Positions 52,767 through 64,000 of a DNA stretch of 64,000 bases are shown here, piece after piece; position 1 is the first letter of the stretch, and each line of letters begins with the position of its first letter. The stretch lies in assembly GCF_009914755.1 (NCBI RefSeq), contig NC_060934.1. The stretch is one strand, 5' to 3'. The translations under genes were made by a program, and so were the position numbers. The notes below the pieces were generated by a model. The model was given only the letters and a program-made list of their open reading frames with translations, was not told where the DNA came from and made no database searches. This stretch comes from the human T2T-CHM13v2.0 reference genome, Homo sapiens.

Positions 52767-53276
52767 TGTGATGTGTTGACTGAGGTATTTAGGTTAGGTT
52801 TGGTGTAGTCGGGTACAGCACTGTGAGGGCCACTCAGACTGGAACCATGAAAATATTTCTCCTACTCACAGGTCCCAGGGAAAAGCGGGCAGCATGCCTC
52901 GAAGGGCCCATGGAACACAGGGAGCTGTCGAGACATACGCAGTCAACCGGTGGGGGCAAGACAGAGAGAGGGATAACATGTGAGCTGCAGCCTTTATGGG
53001 GTCCAGAACATCATGTGGGTGGGTTTCCTGGGACAGGATTGGACTGGTTAATTTGAAGGGAGCTAAGCATAGGGACTCCAGGGTTGCATTATCAGGTCTA
53101 CTAGGCTTAAAACAGAAGTAAAGTGGTCAAGTAGTTCAGGGTGTGGGGCCTTATTTACCCAGGACGTGAAAATGGAAACTGGATGGAGGCTGCCTCCAAA
53201 TGTGCAGGTCAAGGATGACAAGCAGGGACAGGATAAGAAGGAGGCCGAGGCGGTGTTCACATGAGTTAGAGCCACG
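52767..53276 (-). mobile_element. ERVL-class LTR (MER76/MER77-like; family uncertain) inserted in L1
   Basis: About 510-bp GC-richer block beginning TGTG that interrupts L1 CACTTA|...|TGGTGAAA; GGTTAGGTTTGGTGTAGTC and GCCTTTAT motifs. Confidence 0.5.
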
Positions 53277-53319
53277 GCAGCTTCATGGTGAAAAATTAAA
53301 TGTTTTTCCCTTAAGATTA

Positions 53320-53848
<529 letters not shown>

Positions 53849-55407
53849 TCAATTTTAACTAGATTTATCAGACACCAATTTCAAAATTACTATACTTGTT
53901 TGTTCAAGGAGATACAAGAAAAAATAAAAAAATGTAGTAGAGAGCTGAAGACTATAGAAAGTGACAGCATACTTAAAAAAGAACAAGTGGGAACTTCTAG
54001 AAATAAAAATATAAAAACTGAAATTAAAAATACAATGAACTAGCTTCATAGCTTACTAGACACAGCTTAAGAAGTAATTTGTAAACTGGAAGTTATTCGG
54101 AAAAAAATCTCTCCAGAATGGATCACAGCAAGTCACAAGAATCCTGCATACATAAAAGAAGGTAAAAGAAGTAGAGGACATAGAAAGTCGATTTAATATA
54201 CACTGAATTGCAGACACAGAAGAAGGGATGGGGCATGATGGGCAGAAGTGAAATTTGAAAGAACGGTGACTGAGAATTTTCTGAAACTGGTAAATAACAT
54301 CAATTGGCAAACCTCAAACAGCATGCATAAAAGAAAGATACACCTCCACATATCATTGAGAAACCTGAAGCAAGAGATGGTGAGAATCTCTTGAAGGCAG
54401 CCAGAAGAAACATCAATGAATGACAGCTGGCTCCTCATCTAGCTGACAAATAAGCAAAAAAAGCAGAAAACAATGGAGTGAAAGTAACTGCTGCCCCAGC
54501 AGAACTGTCCTTCAAGGATGAAGATTAAATAGGTTTCAGGAAAACACAACCACAAAATATGTCACCAGCAAATGTGCACTGAAAGAAATACTGAAGGGTA
54601 GGAAAAAATGACCCCAATGTGGGAGATGCAGGAAAGAGTAAAGAATAGAAAAGTGGTGAGCATGTGCCTGAGCCTCGTGAATATCACCTCTGTGGAGGAA
54701 CACCATCACCTACTGTGGACTGTGCAAATGGATGGTCTAAATGAGATAAGAGCTGATTAGCCAGGCTCCGGGAGGAGGGTGTGCTCATCACCTGCTTGCT
54801 CTTAGACAAATTCTTGAAGCTTTTATTCCTCTTCTCTATTCTGTATCTCAAGGAAGGCAAAAGTAGGCAAGGCACTCCCCGAGGCAAAGAACAAAGCGAA
54901 AGTGCTTGCTTTTCTAGATAGCTAGACTGCAGTAATTGAGAAAAGGTTGTATTGGCACAAAGACAGACATTTAAACACATGTTACAGAATTGAGTCCAAA
55001 ATTAAAGATTTGCACTGTCATCACTTGATTTACAGCAAAGTTGTTACATTGTTGGCACTCACTAAAAATTGAGGCAGAAATTGTCTTTAAAAATTATGCC
55101 TTATGGGAAAAAAGTAAAAACAGGATAAAGTGGCTGACAAACATATAAACTTACTCAACTTCATTAGAAATCAGGAAAATACTAAATAAAACCACAAGGG
55201 TGGAAGAATGTACTTAGCATTGGCAAGGATATGAAGCAATAGGAACTCTAACATATGCTTGGATATGGATGTAAATTGGAACAACACTCTGGAAAACTGC
55301 TCAGCATGTCTGTGCGAGTTGAACATTCACATGCTCAAAGACCCAGCAGTGCCAACCTTAAGTGTATACCCCATGATAGTTTATACATTTGAAAGTGTAT
55401 TTAAGAA

Positions 55408-56370
55408 TGTGGGGAAAAGAAAGATCAGATTGTTACTGTGTCTGTGTAGAAAGAAGTAGACATAGGAGACTCCATTTTGTTCTGTACTAAGAAAAATTCT
55501 TCTGCCTTGAGATGCTGTTAATCTGTAACCTTACCCCCAACCCTGTGCTCTCTGAAACATGTGCTGTGTCAACTTAGGGTTCAATGGATTAAGGGCTGTG
55601 CAGGATGTGCTTTGTTAAACAGATGCTTGAAGGCAGCATGCTCCTTAAGAGTCATCACCACTCCCTAATCTCAAGTACCTAGGGACACAAACACTGCAGA
55701 AGGCCGCAGGGTCCTCTGCCTAGGAAAGCCAGGTATTGTCCAAGGTTTCTCCCCATGTGATAGTCTGAAATATGGCCTTGTGGGAAGGGAAAGACCTGAC
55801 CGTCCCCCAGCCCGACACCCGTAAAAGGTCTGTGCTGAGGAGGATTAGTAAAAGAGGAAGGAATGCCTCTTGCAGTTGAGACAAGAGGAAGGCATCTGTC
55901 TCCTGCCCGTCCCTGGGCAATGGAATGTCTCGGTATAAAACCCGATTGTACGTTCCATCTACTGAGATAGGGGAAAACTGCCTTAGGGCTGGAGGTGGGA
56001 CATGGGGGCAGCAATACTGCTCTTTAAGGCATTGAGATGTTTATGTGTATGCATATCTAAAGCACAGCACTTAATTCTTTACCTTGTCTATGATGCAGAG
56101 ACATTTGTTCAAGTGTTTATCTGCTGACCTTCTCTCCACTATTATCCTATGACCCTGACACATCCCCCTCTCTGAGAAACACCCAAGAATGATCAATAAA
56201 TACTAAGGGAACTCAGAGGCTGGCGGGATCCTCTGTATGCTGAACGCTGGTCCCCTGGGTCCCCTTATTTCTTTCTCTATACTTTGTCTCTGTGTCTTTT
56301 TCTTTTCCAAGTCTCTTGTTCCACCTAACGAGAAACACCCACAGGTATGGAGGGGCAACCCACCCCTTCA
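55408..56370 (+). mobile_element. HERV-K (HML-2) solo LTR, LTR5 family (older LTR5_Hs or LTR5B-like), 963 bp
   Basis: TGTGGGGAAAAG...GATCAGATTGTTACTGTGTC...GGTATAAAACCCG...AATAAATACTAAGGG...CACCCCTTCA; perfect 6-bp TSD TAAGAA at 55402-55407 and 56371-56376. Confidence 0.98.
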
Positions 56371-56825
56371 TAAGAATACCATGCACTTCATCATTTGCAA
56401 TAGCTAATGAAAACAACCCAGATTTAGAAGTAATGAGTAAATGAAGAAACCACAGCCATATGCATCAATGTGAATGAATCTGACACATGTAATACTGTGT
56501 GAAAGGAAAGGTTATATACGGGATGGTTACGTTTACATAAAGTAAAAAAGGCATGCAACACTAAACCACAGTGTTTAACGATAAAAATCTAGTAGTGCTT
56601 ATAAAGAAAAAGCAAGGATGTGAGGACCATACAAATTAAAATTGAGATTACTATTAAGGGAGAAGGAGGGAGGAGTTATGACTGAAAAAGGGCACTTAGG
56701 AAATTTTTGTAATGCTGACGACAATGTTCTATTGCATGACGATGTGTATGCATTGTTCACTTTATAATAATTCATTAAATTGACATTAGTTGGTTTTGTA
56801 CATCTAAGTAAATTTTTTAAAACAA

Positions 56826-57310
56826 TGATTACTATAACTTTGTAGTATAATTTGAAGTCAGATAATATGATGCCCCCAGCTTTGTTCTTTGTGTTTAGGA
56901 TGGCTTTGGTTATTCTGGTCCTTTTGTGGTTTCACATTCCTTTTAGGATTATTTTTTCTATTTCTGTGAAGAATGTCATTGGTATTTTGATAGACATGGC
57001 ATTAAATTCTTAGGTTGCTTAGGGTACTACAGATATTTAACAATATTGATTTTTCCAATTCATAAACATGGAACAGCTTGCCATCTTTTTTGTGTCCTCT
57101 TCAGTTTTTTTCATCTATTTTTATAGTTTTCATTGTAGAGATTTTTAATTTGGTTACGTTTATATCTAAGTATTTTATTTTATTTATTGCAATTGTAAAT
57201 GAGATTGGTTTCTTGGTTTCTTTTTCAGATTGTTCATTTTTAGTATATAGAAATGCTACTTCTTTTGTACATTGATTTTGTATTCTACAACTTTACTGAA
57301 TTGTCTATCA
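56826..57310 (-). mobile_element. L1MA ORF2 segment, inverted relative to the adjoining 3' end
   Basis: TTGTAGTATAATTTGAAGTCAG...TTTCTGTGAAGAATGTCATTGGTATTTTGATAG...ACTTTACTGAAT. Confidence 0.85.
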
Positions 57311-58078
57311 AAAGATGAATGGATAAAGAAAACGTGGTACACAGACACAGTGGAATATGATTCAGACACTAGAAGAATGAAATCTTGTCATATGCAACGA
57401 CATGAATGGAACTGGATGACATTGTGTTAAGTGAAATAAGCCAGGCACAGAAAGACAAGTTATCACGTGTTCTCACTCATATGTGGGAGCTAAAACATAA
57501 AAATGGAACTCCTGGAGACAGAGAGTAGAATGATGGTTACCAGAGGCTGGGAAGAGTCGTGTGGAGGGAGGGATAAAGAAGGGAGTGTTAATGGGTAAAA
57601 TAATACAGTTAAACAGAAAGAGCAAGATCGAGTGCGAGCTTGTCCAACTGCCTTGTTTTGTTGTTGTTGTTTTTCTGTTTTGTTTTGTTGTGGGCTTTTA
57701 GCAGCCTGAAGCCATGATTTTTAGTTTCTGTCTCTAGTGATATGCAGAAAAGAGGAATGAGAAAGAGGCTTTACTTGCCCAATCATAAACTGAAACTAAG
57801 AACCCATGACTGTATTTTCTCCCTTAGCTACCCCTGATAGTGTATGGCAGCACAACAGGGCAACTATAGTTAAAAATAATTTATCATATATTTTGAAATA
57901 ACTAAAAGAGTGGAATTGGAATCCTTCTAACACAAACAACTGGTAAATGTTTGTGGTGATAAATATTCCAATCACCCTGGTTTAATCATCATACATTATA
58001 TACTTGTATCTAATTACCATATAGATCACCAAATATATACAACTATTTTGTATCCATAAAAATTTAAAAAAATCAAAA
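57311..58078 (+). mobile_element. L1MA (L1MA3-5-like) 3' end
   Basis: GATGAATGGATAAAGAAAA...AAGTGAAATAAGCCAGGCACAGAAAGAC...GAATGATGGTTACCAGAGGCTGGGAAG...A-rich tail. Confidence 0.88.
57635..57836 (-). mobile_element. MER30B-like hAT-Charlie MITE inserted in the L1MA 3'UTR
   Basis: Ends CGAGCTTGTCCAAC and CCCCTG; internal TTTTAGCAGCCTGAAGCCATG, GAAACTAAGAACCCATGACTGTATT; flanks ATCGAGTG / ATAGTG are consistent with a decayed ATCTAGTG TSD. Confidence 0.7.
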
Positions 58079-59589
58079 GCCAAGTAAAAGTTTAAAAAAA
58101 GATTAAAAATAAAATACAGGCAAGTGAATGGCCAATCATGTAATTTCCCAAGGAATTCCTGCAGAGATTCATCGTTCAGGACCCCAAGAAATTAACTGAG
58201 AGGTTGGGGGACCACATAAAACAGGGCAAATCAAGCCCATTGTCTTGGAAGCTGTCAAATTCCAAATGTGAAAAGAAAGTGCCAAAGAAAAGACTATTCT
58301 AAGTTCATGGGTGCTGGTCCCATCATCCTGTTAAATATTTTACTTAAATCTTAGGCTGAAAAAGACCCAAATAATTCAACTTCAGCTTTTGAAAGATGAC
58401 TCAAATTCACTCTCATGGTGTTGTTAGAAATCTTACAACTTTTCTCAGTCTTCATTTCCATCTGCCAACTTCTTTCTTATTTTCCTTCTCCTTCTGCCCC
58501 TCTATCTGCTTTGCCTTCCTTCTTGGTTGTCAGTAGAAAAAGGAAAATAATAGAGTAGATGCAAAGTTGGTATTAAAAATTGAATCATTTCAAAAAAAAA
58601 AAAAAAAGCAAAAGCAAGCAAACAGTGCTGGGGTATGATTAGTGACATGTGAGCCCTCTTAGGTGTAGAATTCTCTGAGAAAGATCCAGCGTATTTTCCC
58701 AAGAAATGTTTACTTCCTTGAAAAGACCTTTTAGAGAAGTTTAGAGGGGCACATTACCATTCCTAGAACAAGTGTAATTTTCGTGGGTAATTTTTTTTCA
58801 AAGAGGAAGTATTTTTCTAGTATGGAACCGAATGCAGAGAGCCCTAGTAAGTTGGGCCTAATGACAAGCAGTGTGAATAAAATGTATAAATGTTTAATTT
58901 TGGCTCAGAGAAGCCAGATGCAAATTTCCTGTGTCCTCAGGCAGTGCAAATACTGATCACTTATATGATTACTTTGAATAAGGGTCAACTTTTGGTTTAA
59001 GAAAACATAGCTAAAATATTAAATATTTATGAAACAGAGTTATTGCAGCAGGAGGCTGAGAGGCACGCAGAGGAGTGTGTAGCTGAGTCATGACCGTGGT
59101 CGCTTCCTGTCAACTGCTTCTCCAATATTTCTCTTCCGGCTACTGGCAGGGTCGGGGACAGGGCAAGTTCATTTATTATCTAGGGAAAAATAATGCCACA
59201 TGTGGATATTCTCTGAATCAACTGAGACTGAAACAGACGGATTTAAAAAGCCAAGCATTTGGGCAATAGTGCAAATTGCTTCAATTAGTTTGTTTGTATG
59301 AACTTATGCTGTGGTCCATCCTTCCTTTGGCTGTGAAAGGAGAGGATAATGACATTCTCTGACACTGGTTTGCTCATTAAAACACCATAAATCTGGAGGG
59401 AGGAAAAAAGCTGTCAACCATCACTTAAGATTTCAAGCTCGCAGGTACAATTCTAATCCCCTTTCTGTAGGGTCATCTGCAAATTCTGCTGAACAGGCAA
59501 AGGGAGTTTGTTCCTGCCTCATGGTAAATTTGGGAAGGGGAGTCATTGTCAATAATTTAAAATAGGCATAAGGAGGTCAGATTTCATAT

Positions 59590-59775
59590 ACCTTTGTTAG
59601 TACATATAGTATACACACATACACATAAAACTGCACATGTACATTTATGTATGTTAACATATACATATACAAATATGTACATATGTATGTGTTGTGCACA
59701 CTCTACACACATGAATATGTGTGCATATTTATAGCTATGAATATGTGTTCACACACCCGCACACTCACACGCACC
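59590..59775. repeat. Degenerate (TA/CA/TG)n low-complexity tract
   Basis: Directly visible. Confidence 0.75.
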
Positions 59776-60553
59776 TTTGAGTTGGCACAATGTGATGGAT
59801 CGAATAATACCCCTAGACAGGGATGTTGCTTGATGTGATGTTTGCTGTGGACTGTCCCAGTTCTCAGAGGAGCGGTGAGATCCAAGCCTGGCATGGCCTT
59901 GCTCAGAATGTGCACTTCTGCTCCATGGTGTTCTCTCGAGCCTGATGAGAAAATCTAGCATTCCCTGACATGGTGGCACATTAGCCTCTGGTTTTCTTGC
60001 AGAGACTAACAGTTTCAGTCAAGATCTTGGGGAGCTGCCTAGGAGGCTTCCTCTTCCAAAAGCGAGACTGTGCCCTTGCTGCCAGCCATGGCAAGAGTGT
60101 CAAATGTGGGGACATGTTGGCTAATGACAAGCCATCGAAGTCCGTTGTGTTGTGTGAACAATGATGTGTATCAGCACATTCAGGAAGGTCCTAAGTTACG
60201 GCTGCTGCACTGGCCTTCCCCAGAGGAGATTGGGAACCTGCTGGATTTATCTGGACCTCCCCACAGCATAGCTAAGCAAGACCTGGTGTTCTATTTCCCT
60301 GGACGTCACTTTCTCACTCTGAGCCATTCTGCCCCTTTATGCCTGGGCAGAGATCAGAGGTGGGAGCTGAGTGGGTCTGGAGCCTGCTGCATTATGAAGC
60401 TTCTCTGTTCCTGGGTGCACGTCAGGGCACAACACATTCTGTCCCTTGTCAGAATGCTCTGGAGCTTTCAGCACAGCCCCTCGTCTTCTCTTAAGAAATA
60501 CGACAGCCTCTTTAACTCCGCGTCTGCTTTCAGCCTCTCAGAAATATCCCCAT

Positions 60554-61488
60554 GGTTGATGAAAAAGCCAAATACTGTTATATATTTAAAGAGGTTTTTT
60601 TTACTGAGCCAATATGAGTGACCATGGCCTGGGGTACAGTCTCAAAACGGCCTGAAAATGTGTGCCTGAGGTGGTTGGGTTATAGCTTTTTAAAATATAT
60701 TTCAGGGAGACAGAAGTTACAGGTGAAGGCATAAATGAATACAAGGAAGGTGTACATTGGGTCAGCCCAGAAAGGTGGGACATCTCCCAGGTAGGGGTGA
60801 GGAGTAGGGCTTACAGGTCATAGGTGGGTTCAAAGATTTTCTGATTGACAGCTGATTGAAAGAGTTAAGCTTTGTCTAAAGAGCTGAAGTCAGTAGAACA
60901 AAATGCTTGAGTTAAGACAAGGGAGGTTGTGGATGCCAAGGTTCTTGCTATGTAAATAAAGCTTCCAGGTAGCAGCCTTCAGAGAGAATGGATGGTAAAT
61001 GTCTCTTTTTGGATCTTAAAAAGTGTCAGACTCTTAGTTAAATCTCTCAGTCTCTCCTAGATCTGGGAAAGACCTAAAAAGGGAAGGAGATTCTCTACAG
61101 ATGCAAATTTCCCCCACAAGAGACAGCTTTGTAGGGCCATTTTGAAATATGTCAAAGAAATATATTTTGGGGTAAAATATTTAGGTTTCCTTCAGGGCTT
61201 GTGATCTGCTACCTGTCATGTGATGCTATGCCAGCGTCCAGTTGGAATTAGGCATTTTATTGCCACAGAGTGTCAGTTTGTCAGTCTTATGATCTCCATC
61301 TTAATATTCACGCTGATCAACTGTGCATAAACCCCAAAAGGGAGAAGGTAGAATGAAGCGTGTCCAACCTCCCTCCCTGTCATGGCACGGCCGGAAATTC
61401 AGTTTTTCAAGTTTCTGTGGGGTTCCCTTGGCCAAGAGGGGGTTTGTTTGGTTCATTGTGGGGGTTAGGATTTTATTTCTGGTTTATG
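60554..61488 (-). mobile_element. MER4-family (MER4D-like) ERV1 solo LTR
   Basis: GTTGATGAAAAAGCCAAA...CTGAGCCAATATGAGTGACC...GCTTACAGGTCATAGGTGG...GATGCAAATTTCCCCCACAAGAGACAGCTTTG...TTTTATTTCTGGTTTA; 4-bp TSD CCAT at 60550-60553 and 61489-61492. Confidence 0.88.
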
Positions 61489-61894
61489 CCATGGTAAGAG
61501 ACACATGTTGTCTAACCTTCCTTCTAGATGTGAATGTGTCCACGTGAGATCCTTTGTCACTCAATGAATTCTAAACATGGTTGCCCTAAATTCCCTGGAA
61601 TGTGTGGTCCTGTGGGGGATTTGGGATTTTTCTAGGGAATCCTTTTGTGAGATTATAGCTTTTTACCTCTTCCCTCACTGTCCTGATAAGATTCCTGATT
61701 TCCCATAGTCTTGGCTTTGTGTGCACCCACTGCTCTGTTCACTCCTAGTTCTTGCATCTTTCCCTTCTTGATCCTCCTGCAGCGTAAGGTCTTCCTGTGG
61801 CAGAGCTGCTTTCTTCTCTCCAGTGGCCACTCCTTGCCTAGTGCTCAGAGCCAGTGGGGCCACCATCATAGGTCTGGTTGTTCCTGGGCACCCT

Positions 61895-62597
61895 TGACAT
61901 AAGTAACTCCATCTTAGAAACAGATTCCATTGTACATTTCATAGGGCACTTTGCCAACAAGGACAAGATGTTTTGCTTAATAAGCCAATACAAGATAAAG
62001 ACTGTACCCAGCCAGATAAGGACACGTAAAAGCAGCACACTCTTCCACTATCAGTCCCCACTAGAAGATTCTGTGACCATAAAAGAGCAGAGTTTCGGCA
62101 ACTTGAAGCAGCTCTTCACTGACACTGTCTTGCTGTCACTTGCGATCAATGCTGGCATCTGCTGCCGAAGGCTCTGACACATCAAAGACTCTTCATTGCA
62201 AGACTGATGGACCCCCTGGCCCAGACCAGAAGGCTGTTTTCCTCTTTGTCACCCTCCCTGGACTGGTTTGTTAACCTTTTTTCCTATCTCTTTTCTCTTG
62301 ATGTTAATTTTACTTTGTTTGTTTGTGGAATATTTAATCTAGAATATTTATATATTGATGAAGTTGACTATCATGTATGGTTTGCAGTGTTGAATGACTC
62401 GTGCGGTGGTTTGAGCCTGTATGCCTGTGGTTCTCGCTACCGAGTGAACAGGAAGTACTAAGGAGAATTACCTCCTGGGGAACTCCTCATAGCTCATGGC
62501 TTTTGTGATTGAAATAGTGTCAGTAAAAGTCTGATTTTGTGGAAAGACACAACTGTGTGTGGAGCTGGTTATCTCTGACTTGGCACAGCTCACAAGA
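61895..62597 (+). mobile_element. ERV1-class solo LTR (MER72-like; family provisional)
   Basis: TG start, AACTCCATCTTAG, GACCATAAAA TATA-like box, GGAAGTACTAAGGAGAATT, AGTAAAAGTCTGA poly(A)-like site; about 700 bp. Confidence 0.65.
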
Positions 62598-62929
62598 TGG
62601 GCTGAGAATGGGCTTTATGTCCTGGTGAAGGGCCATACCCCTAAACCCCACTGATCACCTGTCTATATTCTCAGTCCATGTAGAGTCTGGACACTCCAGG
62701 GAAAATCTATTCAATGTTCTTCAATATAATGCTAATTACAAAGTCCTTAAAAAATCTTACCTCCTCTCCTAATGGGCTGTAACAAGCAACTGATTGAAGC
62801 AACCCTAGAGTGACCATGTGTGCAATTAGCATCTGAAGGGAAGAAAGACTCTGCTTAAGATGTGGACCGGTCAGGTCACTATAGCTCCAAATTGCTCAAG
62901 TGACCGTTCTCCATTGCTGCAGTAACACT

Positions 62930-63090
62930 CCCAGGAGGGTATGGGAGATGAGTAGGGGTGTTCTGGTTGTCACAGGCCCAGGACTCTACTGGCATTTAGA
63001 GACCAGAGGTTAAGGATGTTAAATAGTCTACAATGCAAACCAGTCAGTTCCACGGAATGAGGACTCCCCGCTCCCAACGCATCACTCCCG
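62930..63090. mobile_element. MER20-family hAT-Charlie fragment
   Basis: TGGTTGTCACA...CTACTGGCATTTAG...AGGATGTTAAATAGTCTACAATGCA. Confidence 0.6.
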
Positions 63091-63440
63091 CTGTGCTTGG
63101 ATCTCTCCCTATCTCACCCTTATTCCACTCCGGCTGCTTCAGTTATGAAGCCCGGGCTCTGAGCGTTCACCAGGCATCAGCCACATAACCAGACTCCATC
63201 TGGTTCTGCCCTCATTCCATTAACGGACTTTCTGGAAGGATCAGGTTTCCTCCAGACAGCCAGGAAATTATCTGCTTCTCCCAAGTCCAGGCTGGTGTTT
63301 CAAAAGCTGCCGAGTTCTCTAATTTCCCAGCCCTCTCCCATGCCTCAAAGCCAGGCAGGTGGTATTTTCCTGGAGACAGGTGAATGGTACCCAAAGTGCT
63401 GTTTTTTACTTGCCAGTGTGAACACTTGAATCTGACTTGC

Positions 63441-63616
63441 CTGACTCTTTATAAGTGAAATGCTTGCTGAGTTTTCACAGAAGATCCATAATCAAAGCAG
63501 ATCTCATCTTTTCCGTGGGCTGTGGTTTCCTTCACGTACACCACCAAGTTCGACTGGAGTTTGGAAATATCAAAGAGCTGGATTTACAGGTCCTTTGGCA
63601 AAGGATAAAAATCATC
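63441..63616 (-). other. Candidate non-coding exon with a GC donor (176 bp)
   Basis: Acceptor TCTTATTTACATATAG| and donor CAG|GCAAGT (ideal GC-AG donor); stops in all three frames. Confidence 0.22.
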
Positions 63617-64000
63617 CTATATGTAAATAAGACTTGGAATGAGGGACAGTGCAATGGAAGTGTTGTGAATGATACACTGGTTAGTTTATAAAACCTCATA
63701 AATGCTCGCAAGTCTATGAAAAGAAAAGTGGAAAGATTTTCAAGGGGAAAAACTAGAACTTCAATAGTAAGATGCCCTTACAAAGAACCAGTTATGCCAT
63801 TTAAGATTTTAAAAATTCGTTTGTCACAGAAACATGCTGCACACCCTCTCATAAACATTTTAGAGATCGTGGTGGATTTCTACGGATGTATCAGTTTAAC
63901 ATGACTTGCACATTTTAATGCTGCGCAGGAGGCTCTTACTCTGTGAACTCTGAGTCAAATCCCTCTTCCAAAAGATCAGATCACACACACCCAGGCCCCC

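Noticed and set aside
55408-56370. Possible SVA element or HERV-K provirus
   Set aside because: No hexamer, Alu-like or VNTR parts and no SINE-R deletion; the TSD closes directly on both LTR ends and no primer-binding site or gag follows, so it is a solo LTR.
60070-60621. 183-aa ORF
   Set aside because: Runs into the MER4 LTR, has no recognisable domain and no supporting splice structure.

Overview
Primate (very likely human) non-coding genomic DNA dominated by transposable elements: 12 Alus, many L1 relics of different ages, L2/MIR, MaLR/ERV solo LTRs (including a full-length HERV-K HML-2 LTR5-type solo LTR with a perfect 6-bp TSD) and hAT/Tigger DNA transposon fossils. The window opens inside a 33-bp minisatellite (23 full units visible). 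I recognise no protein-coding gene, RNA gene or CRISPR array. The supplied ORFs are repeat-derived or chance ORFs. Repeat family names come from my recall of consensus sequences, not from a database search, so subfamily calls are provisional. I found no new multi-gene system. The most notable structures are: (1) a ~310-bp insertion at 11953-12264 with a perfect 14-bp TSD and a + strand poly(A) whose body is an old antisense L1M fragment, i.e. a likely retrocopy or orphan transduction of a cellular RNA; (2) a 33-bp-arm fold-back hairpin at 44699-44775; (3) a twin-priming-type inverted L1MA with junction microhomology; (4) the VNTR, whose units carry CSL/RBPJ-like cores; (5) scattered minus-strand splice and poly(A) signals that might belong to a non-coding transcript.
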